This document shows, piece after piece, positions 8,747-20,735 of a DNA stretch of 64,000 nt (position 1 is the first letter of the stretch; every line of letters starts with the position of its first letter). Below the pieces are notes generated by a model, which was not told the DNA's origin, searched no databases, and was given only the letters and a program-made list of their open reading frames with translations. The position numbers were made by a program, and so were the translations under genes. Source of the stretch: an uncultured Acidobacteriota bacterium (GTDB taxonomy: Bacteria; Acidobacteriota; Vicinamibacteria; Vicinamibacterales; CAVVIG01); contig CAVTHG010000004.1 in NCBI GenBank assembly GCA_963734375.1, forward strand, positions 165,363 to 229,362. The letters are read 5' to 3'.

Positions 8747-10158
8747 TCCGTCCAGCCGCCGCCGAGCGCGCGGTACAGCTCGACGATCGACTCCAGCTCC
8801 AGCCGCTGCAGCGCTGCCAGATCGAGCTCGCCCCGGAACAGGCTGCGCTCGGCATCGAGCACCTGAAGATAACTGTCGACGCCGCCCTGATAGCGGTCGG
8901 TCGACAGACGCCTCGCGTCGCGCAGCGCGGCGACCAGCTGCTCCTGCTGCGCGCGCTGCTCGCCGGTCCGCCGGTAGCCGGCGAGCGCATCGGAGACTTC
9001 GCGCAGCGCGCGATAGATCGTGCGCTGGTAGTTGACGACCAGCTCACGCTCGACCGACTCCGCCAGCCGCACGTTCGCGCGCGTGCGTCCGGCGTTGAAG
9101 ATCGGCGCGACGGCTCCCGCGCCGATGCTGAAGGTCCGCGCCGGCGCCGTCAGCAGGTCGGTGAGGTCGCGGCTCTCGACGCCGAAGAAGCCGGTCAGGC
9201 CGATGCGCGGGAAGTACTCCGCCCTGGCGACGCCGATCTGTGCGTTCGCCGCCACCAGCGTCTGTTCCGCCTGGCGGATGTCCGGCCGCCGCGCGAGCAG
9301 CAACGACGGCAGGCCGGCCGGCACGAGCGCAGCGCGCGTCGAAGGTGTCCATGAACGCCGCGCTGCGCGCGACATCGCCCGGCTCCCGGCCGGCGAGCAG
9401 GCTGACGCGCGTTTTCTGTCTGCGCGATCTGCCGCTCGATGCTCGCGATTTGTGCGGTCGCGGTGTACAGCACCTGTTCCGCCTGCCGCACGTCGAGCGG
9501 TTGCGGCGACGCCGCCGTCGCGCCTCAGCTGCGTCAGCCGCAGGCCGTCCGCGGCCACGTCGCGCGTCCGCTGCGCGATCGCGAGCTGACGGTCGAGCGT
9601 CTGCAGCCCGAAGTACGCCTCCGTGACATCGGCGATCAGCGTGGTGACGACCGCCCGCCGCGCTTCCTCGGTCGCGAGGTACTGCGCGCGCGCCGATTCG
9701 TTCAGCCGGCGCACGCGCCCCCACACGTCGACCTCCCACGCCACGGCGAATCCGATCTGGAAGTCGGCGACCTCCGGATCGAATCCGTTCGGCAGCGGCC
9801 GGGGCCCGACCTCGGACAGGCGATTGTCCGACGCCGGCCGCCGTTCCGACAACGACGGGAAGTCGATCGGCGCGGACGATGTGGAAGCGCTCGCGCGCCT
9901 GCAGCACGCGCTCGGCGGCGATGCGCAGGTCGAAGTTCTGCGCCAGCGCCGCGCGCACCAGCGTCGTCAGCGTGTCGTCCTTGAAGAGGTCGAACCATTG
10001 CACATCGGCGACCGACGCCGGCCCCGCGTTCGGCGGCCGCCGTCCGCCGCGCCGCGATAGGCAGACGGGATGGCGACAACCGGCCGGTGATAGTTGGGAC
10101 CGAGCGTGCACGCCGCGCTGGCGAGCGCGAGCGAGACGATCAACAGCCAACGCTTCAT
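8743..10158 (-). CDS. RND efflux outer-membrane lipoprotein, NodT/OprM family (several frameshifts)
   Basis: Lipobox LASAAC; [11 protein letters not shown]; RRPDIRQAE; LYRALGGGW. Confidence 0.88.
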
Positions 10159-13100
10159 GGCAGCACCTCCGTCGCGCCAACCGGCGACGATCGAGGCCGG
10201 CCGCGGTTCGGTCCGGCGATGGGCGAGCCGCTGGATGACGACGTACAGGACCGGGACGACGAAGACGCCGAGCAGCGTGGCCGCCGCCATGCCGCCGAAG
10301 ACCGCCGTGCCGAGCGCGCGCCGCGAGGCGGCGCCGGCCCCGTCGCGACCACCAGCGGGAGCACGCCGAGCAGGAACGCGAACGAGGTCATCAGAATCGG
10401 CCGGAACCGCAGCTGCGCCGCTTCGGCCGCCGCGGCCGCGATCGACACGCCCTCCTCGCGGCGCAGCTTGGCGAACTCGACGATCAGGATCGCGTTCTTC
10501 GCCGCGAGGCCGATCAGCGTGACGATGCCGATCTGCGTGTAGAGGTCGTAGGCATAGCCGCGCAGCGCAGATCGCGAGCAGCGCGCCGAGCAGTCCCAGC
10601 GGAACGGCGAGCACGACGGCAAACGGCGATGCTCCAGCTCTCGTACAGCGCCGCCAGGAACAGCACCACCAGGATCGCCGCGAAGCCGAAGATGAACGGC
10701 TCCGCGCCTTCGCTGCGCTGCTGCTGGAAGAGCGTGCCGGTCCACTCGAAGCCGAATCCCGGCGGCAGCGTCTGCCGCGCCACCTGCTCCATCGCCGCGG
10801 CCGCCTGCCCCGAGCTGTAGCCCGGCGCGCTCGTGCCGATGATCTGCGCCGCGCGGAAGCGGTTGTAGCGATAGACGACTTCGGGTCCGGCGACCGCGCG
10901 TGACGTTGACCAGCGTGCTCAGCGGAACCATGTCGCCGTCGCGGCTGCGCACGTAGAAACTGATTGATGTCGTCGGGCCGGGCGCGGAACTCGCGGCTCC
11001 GCCTGCATCAGCACGCGCCAGGTGCGGCCGAAGCGGTTGAAGTCGTTGACGTACAGCCCGCCGAGAAACGTCTGCAGCGCGTTGTAGACGTCGGTCACCG
11101 GCACGCCGAGCGTCTGCGCCTTGTCGGTGTCGAGATCGACGCGGAACTGCGGCACCGTGGTGCGCAGCCCGGTGCTGCGCGATGCCGATCTCGGGACGCT
11201 TGCCGCGCGGCCTGGATGAAGCGCCTGCGTCACCTCGCGACAGGCGCGTCGATGCTCGCTGTCGCCGCGATCCTGCAGCATGAACTCGAACCCGCCGGAG
11301 GTGCCGAGGCCGAGAATCGGCGGCAGGCCGAAGCCGAAGACGATCGCGCTCTGGCAGCTGCGCGAACCGCGGCTGCAGCGCCCGCAGGATCGATTGCTGT
11401 CGAGGTCGGCGCGCCTGCCGCTCCTCCCACGGCTTGAGCAGCGCGATCACCGTCGCGACGTTCGAGTTGTTGGTGTTGCGTCAGCGGTCGAGGCCGCCGA
11501 GCGTCGTCGCCGCTTCGACGCCGGGTGTCGATCGCAGGATCGTCCTCGACCTGTCCGACGACGCGATCGGTGCGCTCGAGCGAGGCGCCGTCGGGCAGGC
11601 GCACCGCGACGAAGACCACGCCCTGGTCCTCGTCGGGCAGGAAGCCGGCCGGCGCGCGTCCGGAACAGCGCCGCCGGCGAGGAGATAGCAGGCCGCCAGC
11701 GCCACCAGCGCGAAGGCGCTCCGGCGAACCAGCAGCTTCACGCCGGAGAGATAGCGATTCGTGGTCCACTCGAAGGCGCGGTTGAAGCCGCCGAAGCCGC
11801 GTCCGAGCCATCCGCGCGCGGACTGTCTTCGGTTTCAGGATCAGCGCGCTCAGCGCCGGGCTGAGCGTCAGCGCGTTGAACGCCGAGAGCAGCACCGAGA
11901 CGGCGATGGTCAGCGCGAACTGCCGGTAGATCTGCCCGGTGATGCCGCCGAGGAAGGCCACCGGGATGAACACCGCGGCCAGGATGAGCGCGATCGCGAC
12001 GACCGGCCCGGACACTTCCTCCATCGCCTGGATCGTCGCGTCGCGCGGGCTCATCCCGTGATCGATCTTGTGCTGCACCGCCTCCACCACCACGATCGCA
12101 TCGTCGACGACGATGCCGATGGCGAGCACGAGGCCGAACATGCTGGTCATGTTGATCGAGAAGCCGAGCAGCGGGAACAGCGCGAACGTGCCGATGATCG
12201 ACGACCGGCACGGCGAGCAGCGGAATCAGCGTCGCGCGCCAGTTCTGCAGGAACACGAACACCACGAGCATGACCAGCGCAATCGCCTCGAACAGCGTCA
12301 CGACGACGTCGGTGATCGACGGTCGTGCACGAAGCGTCGTGGCGTCGTAAGCCGACGCGGTAGTCGATGCCCGGCCGGGAATCGCTGCTTCGGCGTCGTC
12401 GAGGAAGCGCGCGCACGCGGTCGCCGGTCTCGACGGCGTTGGCGCCGGGCGACAGGAAGACGATGACGACGCCGGCCGGCTTCTCGTTGAAGCGCGGCTG
12501 AAGTTCTTGTAGTCCTGCGCGCCGAGCTCGACGCGCGCCGACGTCGCGGACGCGCAGGAGCGAGCCGTCGGGCTGCGCCCGCAGGACGATGTCCTCGAAC
12601 TGCTGCGGCTCGACCAGGCGGCCGGCGGCGTTGACCGGATACTGGAAGTCGGTGCCGGACGGCGACGGGCGGCTGGCCGAGCGCGCCCGCCGGGTTCTGC
12701 CGGTTCTGCGCCTGGATCGCCGCCGCTGACGATCGGTGGCGGTGAGGCCGAGCGTCGCCATCTTCGCCGGATTCGACCCAGACGCGCATCCCGTAGTCCT
12801 GGCGCGACGCCAGGCGCGCCTCGCCGACGCCGGGCAATGCTGCCGATCCGATCGAGCAGGTTGATGGTGACGAAGTTGTTGAGGAAGAGCGAGTCGTAGC
12901 GGTCGTCGGTCGACGTGAACGCGATGCCCAGCAGGAACGCGGTCGAGACCTTCTTGACGGTGACGCCCTCGCGCTGCACTTCCGGCGGCAGCGACGGCAG
13001 CGCGAGGTTGACGCTTGTTCTGCGTCTGCACCGTCGCGGTGTCGACGTTGGTGCCGAGGTCGAAGGTGACGTCGATCGTCAGCACGCCGTCGTTCGAGCT

Positions 13101-13344
13101 GCGCGAGAAGAAGTAGAGCATGCCGTCGAGGCCGACGAGCTGCTGCTCGATCGGCTGCGCGACGGTCCGTTCGAGATCCTGCGCGTTGCCGCCGCGGTAG
13201 GTTCGCGGTGATCTGCACGACCGGCGGCACCACTTCGGGATAGGTGGCGACCGGCAGGTTGGGAATCGCCACCGCGCCGAGGATGACGATGACGATCGCG
13301 ATGACCATCGCGAAGACGGGACGGTCGATGAAGAATCTGGCCAT
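10155..13344 (-). CDS. RND efflux permease, HAE1/AcrB family (many frameshifts)
   Basis: [15 protein letters not shown]; [12 protein letters not shown]; [14 protein letters not shown]; [11 protein letters not shown] spread over several frames. Confidence 0.88.
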
Positions 13345-13347
13345 GGC

Positions 13348-14547
13348 TCACCGCCCGTCCGCAGGCGCGGGCGCAGTCTCGCCGGTGCGGCGGTTGCCCG
13401 GCTCCCGGGCCGGACCTTCTGCAGGCCGTCGACGATCACCGTCTCGCCTGGCTCGAGACCGCTGCTCGACGATCCAGCGCTGGTCGACGCGATCGCCGGT
13501 GATCGACGGTGCGAATCTGAACCGTGTTGTCGGCGCCGAGCGTCAGCACCGACTGCGTTGCCCCTGCAGCTCCTGCACGGCCTCTGCGGCACCAGCACCG
13601 CATTGTGCGTTCGCCGGTCCGGACGCGGACGCGCGCCGAACTGGCCGGGCAGACGGTGTGATCCGGATTGCGGAACATCGCCTGCACTTCCATCGTGCCG
13701 GTCCTGGTGTTGACGCTGTTGAGGGTGTTCTCGATGCGTCCCTCGAAGGGATGCACCGCGCCGTCGCTCAGCACCAGCTGAATCGGCATCGCGCCAAGCG
13801 CCGGCGTCGCGGAACAGCGGCAGCTCCGCCTCGCTGATCTGGAAGCGCACCCAGATCGGGTCGAGCGGCACGATCGTCGTCAGCGGCTGCGGCGAGGTTT
13901 TCGTGACCAGCCCGCCGACCTGCAGCAGGCTGTCGCCGATGCGGCCGCTGATCGGCGCGCGGATCGTCGCGTATTCGAGGTTCAGCTCCGCGGTCCGCAG
14001 GATGGCGCGGTTCGCCTCGACCGACGCCTTGCGGGCGCTGACTGCCGCATCGGCGGCCTGGCGCGCGGCGAGCGCGTTGTCGAGGTCCTGCTTCGGCAAC
14101 CGCTTCTCTAATCGCCAGCGGCTCCAGCCGGTTGACGTCCTGTCGCGCCTTCAGCAGCGTCGCTTCGGCCTGGGCGATGTCGGCCGCGGCCTGCGCGAGC
14201 GCGCCCTGCGCGCGTGCGACTTCGGCTTCGTACGGACGCACGTCGAGCCGGTACAGGACCTGCCCTGCGCGAACATCCGAGCCGATCTCGAACAGCCGGC
14301 GATCGACGTAGCCGTCGACGCGGCCACGGACTTCCACCAGATCGCGGGCGTAGGTCCGGGCCGGATACTCGCGATAGGTCGAGACTGCCTCGCCCTGGAC
14401 GCGAATGACGCCGACCTCCGGCGGGGAAGGGACGGCCGGCGGCGTCGCCGCCTTGCCCTGACCCGCGGCCAGCCGGCCGATCGCCGCCACCACGACGAGG
14501 ATCACCGCCGCCATCCACCACCGCCGCGCCGATTTATTCGCCGTCAT
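13348..14547 (-). CDS. RND efflux periplasmic adaptor, MFP (frameshifts)
   Basis: VEVRGRVDGY; LNLEYATIRAPISGRIG; VIVDGLQKVRPG. Confidence 0.88.
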
Positions 14548-14588
14548 CGCCGTCGTCCTCTCTCTGGTCTCTTGCGCCGGTCTTTTTC

Positions 14589-14634
14589 ATGATGACCGTC
14601 ATATATATTATTCATGACGCACATCATGTATAAT
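14589..14634. promoter_or_regulatory. Two ATGA-N6-TCAT palindromes (candidate TetR operators) and a TATAAT box
   Basis: ATGAtgaccgTCAT 14589-14602, ATGAcgcacaTCAT 14614-14627, TATAAT 14629-14634 in an AT-rich divergent spacer. Confidence 0.6.
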
Positions 14635-14663
14635 GTCAAGCGTCGAATGGAAGGAGCCGGGCT

Positions 14664-15227
14664 GTGAGAGTGACGCGAGAACAGGCGGCGGCGAACCGGG
14701 AGAGGATTCTCGAGGTGGCGGGGACGCTGTTCCGCCAGCACGGCTACGACGGGATCGGCGTCGCCGAGATCATGAAACAGGCGGGGCTGACGCACGGCGG
14801 TTTCTACGGCCACTTCGCCTCGAAGGACGAACTGGCCGCGGAAATCACCGGCCGCGTGCTCGGCCGCCCCGGCTGGACCGAACGGCTGACCAGGAGCGCA
14901 AATCCCACCTTCGGCGATGTCGTCCGCGGCTATCTCTCGACGCGCCACCGAGACGACGCCGGCCGCGGCTGCCTGTTCGCCGCGCTGGCGTCGGATGTGG
15001 TTCGCCAGCCGAAGCCGGTGCGCCATGCCTTCACGCAGGGGCTGCGCGATCGGGTCGAGACGCTGCGGCGCCTGCTGCCCGGTCGATCGGCGGCGGCCCG
15101 GCGCGAAAAGGCGCTGGCGACGATGGCCGGCCTCGTCGGCGCGCTGGTGCTGTCGCGCGCGGTCGACGATCCCGAGCTCTCGGACGAGATCCTCGACGCC
15201 GCGGCGGCGACGTTTGCGCAGCCATAG
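14664..15227 (+). CDS. TetR/AcrR family regulator
   Basis: GIGVAEIMKQAGLTHGGFYGHFASKDEL HTH. Confidence 0.92.
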   Translation: MRVTREQAAANRERILEVAGTLFRQHGYDGIGVAEIMKQAGLTHGGFYGHFASKDELAAEITGRVLGRPGWTERLTRSANPTFGDVVRGYLSTRHRDDAGRGCLFAALASDVVRQPKPVRHAFTQGLRDRVETLRRLLPGRSAAARREKALATMAGLVGALVLSRAVDDPELSDEILDAAAATFAQP

Positions 15228-15289
15228 CATCGCCCCGATGAACCCGGAACCCGAATCACAATCGCTCGTCGAACAGGTGGAGCGGACGA

Positions 15290-16585
15290 TTGGCTATCAA
15301 CCTCGATAACTCCTCGTCGCGTCCGCGACTGCACTACGCGTGGGTCGTCGCGCTCGTCACCTTCGGCGTGCTGCTGGTGACGGCGGGGATCCGGGCGACG
15401 CCCGGCATCCTCATCATCCCGCTGGAAAGCGAGTTCGGCTGGAGCCGGACGGTGATCTCGGCGGCGATCGCGATCAACATCGCGCTCTTCGGGCTGATCG
15501 GTCCCTTCGCCGCGTCGGTGATGGATCGCTGGGGGCTCCGGCGGATCGTGCTCGCGGCGCTCGCGCTGCTCGCCGCCTCGGTCGCGCTGACGACGCAGAT
15601 GCGCAGCCAGTGGCACCTGATGCTTCTCTGGGGCGTGCTGGTCGGGACCGGCACCGGCGTCACCTCGCTGGTCCTCGCCGCGGTCGTCGCGACCCGCTGG
15701 TTCGAAGAGCGCCGCGGCCTCGTTGTCGGCGCGCTCTCGGCGGCCAACGCAACCGGCCAACTCGTCTTCCTGCCGCTGCTCGCATCGCTCGTCCAGCAGC
15801 GCGGCTGGCGCGCCGCCTGCTTCGTTGTCGCCGGGGCCGCGGTCGTCGTCTTCGCGATGGTCGCGCTCTTCATGCGCGACCGTCCGACGGATCTCGGCCT
15901 GGAGCCGTACGGCCATCGGCCGGCTGCGCCTGGTGCGCCGCGCCCGGCGCAGGCGCTGGCGCCGCTCGTCGCGCTTCGCCTGGCCACGCGGTCGCGCGCG
16001 TTCTGGATCCTCGCCGGAACCTTTTTCGTCTGTGGCGCGAGCACCAACGGGCTGATCGGCACCCATCTCATCGCCGCCTGCCACGACTACGGGATTCCGG
16101 AAATTCGATCGGCGCAGCTGCTGGCGATGATGGGCATCTTCGACATCCTCGGCACCACCGCGTCGGGCTGGCTCACCGATCGCTATTCGAGCCGGCACCT
16201 GCTCTTCGCCTATTACACGCTGCGCGGGGTGTCGCTGCTGTTCCTGCCGTTGACGCTGGATGGCGGCGCGCACGGGCTCGGGTGGTTTGCGGTGTTCTAC
16301 GGCCTCGACTGGGTGGCGACCGTGCCGCCGACGGTGCAGCTCGCCGGCGAGCCGCTCGGCCGCGAGAACACCGGCGTCGTCTACGGCTGGATTGCGGCGA
16401 GCCACCAGCTCGGCGCGTCGATGGCGGCGTTCGGCGCCGGCGCAATCCGCAGCGGGCTCGGCGACTACCGCGTCGCCTTCTGGATCGCGGGCGTGCTGTG
16501 CGTGTGCGCGGGGTTGTCGTTCATCACCATCGGGCGGCGCACGTTCGTCGCGCGCGTGCCCGAGCCGTCGCTCGGCATGGCCTGA
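15290..16585 (+). CDS. MFS transporter
   Basis: About 12 TM segments; MDRWGLRR and GWLTDRY motifs. Confidence 0.9.
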   Translation: MAINLDNSSSRPRLHYAWVVALVTFGVLLVTAGIRATPGILIIPLESEFGWSRTVISAAIAINIALFGLIGPFAASVMDRWGLRRIVLAALALLAASVALTTQMRSQWHLMLLWGVLVGTGTGVTSLVLAAVVATRWFEERRGLVVGALSAANATGQLVFLPLLASLVQQRGWRAACFVVAGAAVVVFAMVALFMRDRPTDLGLEPYGHRPAAPGAPRPAQALAPLVALRLATRSRAFWILAGTFFVCGASTNGLIGTHLIAACHDYGIPEIRSAQLLAMMGIFDILGTTASGWLTDRYSSRHLLFAYYTLRGVSLLFLPLTLDGGAHGLGWFAVFYGLDWVATVPPTVQLAGEPLGRENTGVVYGWIAASHQLGASMAAFGAGAIRSGLGDYRVAFWIAGVLCVCAGLSFITIGRRTFVARVPEPSLGMA

Positions 16586-16652
16586 GCGCGCTCCAGATCG
16601 TCGTGCAGAAACGAGCGAATCGCTGCACAATGACGCGGAGCGCTCGACGCCG

Positions 16653-17040
16653 ATGAAAAAGAGCCAGGCCGCGCCGAAGACCATCGACGAATACATCGCC
16701 GGCTTTCCGCCCGACGTCCGGCGCACGCTGAAGCAAATCAGGAGCACGATCCGGAAGGCGGCGCCCGCCGCCGAGGAAGCGATTGCCTACCAGATGCCGA
16801 CCTTCAGGCAGCACGGCAACCTGGTGCACTTCGCCGCCTTCAAGAACCACATCGGCTTCTATCCGGCGCCGCGCGCGATCGAGGAGTTCAAGAAAGAGCT
16901 CGCCGCCGTACGAGGGCTCCAAAGGCACGGTGAGGTTTCCCCTCGACCAGCCACTCCCGCTCGGCCTGATCGGCCGGATGGTGAAGTTCCGGGTGAAGAA
17001 GAACCTGGAACAGGCGGCGGCGAAAAAATCGAAACGCTAG
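16653..17040 (+). CDS. DUF1801 (YdhG-like) protein (frameshift ~16905)
   Basis: TIDEYIAGFP, EEAIAYQMPTF, FAAFKNHIGFYP, KGTVRFPLDQPLP. Confidence 0.85.
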
Positions 17041-17059
17041 TCCGGGCCAGGAGCACGCC

Positions 17060-18154
17060 ATGCGATTTCACGTCGTCGCTGTCTTCGCGGCGTTTCTCGC
17101 CGCGCAAACGCCCGCGGCGAAGACGCTCGACATCTACGTTGTCGACGTCGAAGGCGGCAATGCGACGCTGCTGGTGACGCCGTCGCGCGAATCGCTCCTC
17201 ATCGACTCCGGCAATGCCGGCGCCGGCGCGGCGCGCGACGCGGCCCGCATCGTCGCCGCCGCGAAAGACGCCGGCCTCACACAAATCGACCACCTGATCA
17301 CCACGCACTGGCACGGCGATCACTTCGGCGGGATGGCCGAGCTCGCGTCCCGCATTCCGATCAAACATTTCATCGATCACGGCGCGAACGTGCAGCCGGG
17401 CGCCGCCGCCGACGAGTTCCTGACGTCGGTGTATCCGGCGCTGTACGCGAAGGGCACACACACGGTCGCCAAACCCGGAGACAAGATCGCCCTTGCCGGC
17501 GTCAACGTGCTCGTCGTGACGTCGGCTGGCGAAACGATCAAGACGCCGCTGCCCGGCGCCGGCGTGGCCAACCCGTACTGCGCGAGCTTCAAGCCGGGCG
17601 AGAACAACGCCGAGGATCCGATGTCGGTCGGCGTGCACGTCACCTTCGGGCGCTTTCGGACGATGCACCTGGGCGACCTGACGAAGAACAAGGAGTTCGA
17701 GCTGATGTGCCCGGCAAACCGCATCGGCACGATTGACGTGTTTCTCGGACTCCACCACGGCGTCGACACGTCGAACTCCCACGTGATCGTGCACGCGCTC
17801 CAGCCGCGCGTGGCGATCATGAACAACGGCACGCGCAAAGGTGGCCAGCCCGAGGTGATGAAGACGCTGCACTCGTCGCCGGGCCTCGAGGACCTCTGGC
17901 AGATTCACTTCTCCGAGCTCAGCGGTCAGGAATACACCGTGCCGGGGATGTTCATCGCCAACCTGCTCGACGAGCCGTCGCAGGCGATGCCGGTGGCGCC
18001 GATACCGCCGCCACCCGCCGGCGGCGCGCCGCCGGCGCCGGTCCACAATGGCGCCGCGCACTGGATCAAAGTGTCGGCGCAGGAGGACGGATCGTTCACC
18101 GTGACGAACGCACGCAACAGCTTCAGCAAGAGTTACCAGGCGGGCCGGCGGTAG
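17060..18154 (+). CDS. Secreted ComEC/Rec2-like MBL-fold hydrolase
   Basis: DVEGGNATL, THWHGDHFGG, HHG. Confidence 0.85.
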   Translation: MRFHVVAVFAAFLAAQTPAAKTLDIYVVDVEGGNATLLVTPSRESLLIDSGNAGAGAARDAARIVAAAKDAGLTQIDHLITTHWHGDHFGGMAELASRIPIKHFIDHGANVQPGAAADEFLTSVYPALYAKGTHTVAKPGDKIALAGVNVLVVTSAGETIKTPLPGAGVANPYCASFKPGENNAEDPMSVGVHVTFGRFRTMHLGDLTKNKEFELMCPANRIGTIDVFLGLHHGVDTSNSHVIVHALQPRVAIMNNGTRKGGQPEVMKTLHSSPGLEDLWQIHFSELSGQEYTVPGMFIANLLDEPSQAMPVAPIPPPPAGGAPPAPVHNGAAHWIKVSAQEDGSFTVTNARNSFSKSYQAGRR

Positions 18155-18180
18155 GGCATACTGGGGCCGGGACAGCCGAA

Positions 18181-20735
18181 ATGCCGGACCGATCGGCCCT
18201 TCGACTCGCCGCGCGAAGAGGCGCGGCTCGCTCAGGACAGGCAGGGTCGCGAGTGCTGCCAGCCCTGTTGGCGTTGTTCGCTCTGTGCCTTGCCGGCGGC
18301 GACGCGCGCCGAGTCAGCGCCAGTACGCCGCAGACGTCGGCGCCGCATCCCCGGCGTCGCTTCCCACCCGCGAGCTTCTCGACAAGTACTGCGTCACCTG
18401 TCACAACAGCCGGCTGAAAACCGCCGGGCTGCAGATCGACGCGCTCGATCCGCGCCGCGTGGAGAGCGACCGGCCGGCGTGGGAAAAGATCGTCACCAAG
18501 CTGCGCACCGGCGAGATGCCGCCGCCGGGACGGCCGCGGCCGGGCGCCGCTGACTATCGCACCGTGGCTGTGGCGCTCGAGCACGATCTGGACGCCGCCG
18601 CGGCCGCGGCGCCGCATCCAGGCCGCGTGCCCGTGCATCGTCTCAACCGCACCGAGTACGCCAACGCGATCCGCGATCTCTTCGGCCTCGAGGTGGACGG
18701 GCGCGCGCTGTTGTCGTCGGACGAGGCCGATCAGGAAGGGTTCGACAACGTCGCGAGCGTGCTGTCGGTGTCGCCGGCGCTGCTCGAGAACTACCTCGCG
18801 GCAGCGCGAACGGTCAGCCGGCTCGCGGTGGGCGATCCGTCTCTGCGGCCGGTCGTCGACACGTTCAAGATCTCGAAGGCGCTGGTGCAGGACGAACGTC
18901 TCGGCGACGAGCTGCCGTTCGGCTCGCAGGGCGGCGCGCTCATCCGCTATCACTTCCCGCTCGACGCCGACTACACGATCAAGGTGCTGCTGCGGCGGCA
19001 GGAGTACGACTACATCATCGGGATGGGCGAGCCGCATCAGCTCGACGTCCGCGTCGACGGCGTCCGCGTCAAGCGCTTCACGGTCGGCGGCGAAGCGAAG
19101 GGGATGACCACGCCGGAGAATTTCGCCGGCAACACGCAGGGCGATCCCGAGTGGGAGGAATACATGCACACCGCCGACGCGCAGCTCGAAGTGCGCGTCC
19201 CGGTGAAGGCCGGCGTTCACGAGGTCGGCGTCTCGTTCGTCAGGCGATTCTGGGAACAGGAAGGCGTGCTGCAGCCGCCGCAGACCGGTTTCGGACGCAC
19301 GACCAACGAGTACTACCACGGCAATCCGGCGGTGGAGCTCGTGCTGATCGGCGGGCCGTACGGCGCGCCGGCCGCGGGCAATTCGCCGAGCCGCGGCAGG
19401 GTCTTCGTCTGCCGCCCGAAAGACGCCGCGTCGGAGGAACCGTGCGCGAAGAAGATCCTCTCGACGATCGCCGCGCGCGCGTACCGCCGTCCGGTCACCG
19501 ACGGCGATCTCGACATCCTCCTCGGCTTCTACCGCGAAGGGCGCTCCTCCGGCGATTTCGATGCCGGCGTCCGCCGCGGGATCGAACGGATCCTCGCCGC
19601 GCCGAGCTTTCTCTTCCGCATCGAGCGCGAGCCAGCCGGCCTCGCCGAGGGTGCGGCGTACCGCCTCAGCGATCTCGATCTCGCCTCGCGGCTCTCCTTC
19701 TTTCTCTGGAGCAGCATCCCGGATGACGAGCTGCGCGACGCCGCGGCGCGCGGACGGCTGAACGATGCCGCCGCGCTGGAGCAGCAGGTGCAGCGGATGC
19801 TTCGCGATCCGCGGTCGCGCGCGCTGGTCGACAACTTCGCCACGCGCTGGCTCGAGCTGAACAAGCTTCCCGGCGTCGTCCCCGACACCGAGCTCTACCC
19901 GGAGTTCGACGAGAACCTCCGCGAGGCGATGGAGCAGGAGACGCGGCTCTTCGTCGACAGCCAGGTGCGCGCGAACCGCAGCGTCGTGGAACTGCTGACC
20001 GCCGACTACACATTCCTCAACGAGCGGCTGGCGACGCACTACGGCATCCGCAACGTCTACGGCAGCCACTTCCGCCGCGTCGCACTCGGCGATGCCAGGC
20101 GCGGCGGCCTCCTCGGCCAGTCGAGCGTGCTGACGGTGACGTCGTATCCCAATCGCACGTCGGTGACGATGCGCGGACGCTGGCTGCTGGCGAACATGCT
20201 CGGCGCGCCGCCCCCGCCGCCGCCGGCCGACATCCCGGCGCTCAAGGAAGCGGGCGCCGACGGCCAGCCGCGATCGCTGCGCGAGCGGATGGAGCTGCAC
20301 CGCAAGAATCCGGCGTGCGCCTCGTGCCATCAGCGGATGGATCCGCTCGGCTTCGCGCTCGAGAATTTCGACGCCGTCGGCAAGTGGCGCACGGCCAGCG
20401 ACGGCGCGGCGATCGATCCGTCGGCGTCGTTCCCCGACGGGTCGACGTTCGAGGGGATCGCCGGCCTGCGCACGCTCCTCGTCAGCCATCAGGAGGATTT
20501 CGTCCGCACGTTGAGCGGCAAGCTGCTCGCGTTTGCGGTCGGCCGCGGCCTCGACTATCACGACCTGCCGGCGATCCGCGCCATCGTCCGCGAGGCGAAG
20601 CCGGCGGGCTACTCCTGGTCCGCCATCATCACCAGCATCGTCAGGAGCACGCCGTTCGGTATGGCCGCCGCCACGGGCGAGGCCACGAAGACGAGCGCGA
20701 CCCCGGCGTCACGAGCGGGAAAGGCACAACGATGA
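18181..20735 (+). CDS. DUF1592/1588/1587/1585/1595 (PSD) protein with two CxxCH motifs (frameshift ~18345)
   Basis: CVTCH, RLNRTEY, LASRLSFFLWSS.PD, CASCH, DPLGFALENFD. Confidence 0.88.
18195..18246. repeat. Intragenic palindromic element GGCCCTTCGACTCGC-hairpin-GCTCGCTCAGG(A/G)CAGGC, copy 1
   Basis: Same flanks at 38543-38583 and 41606-41663. Confidence 0.8.
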
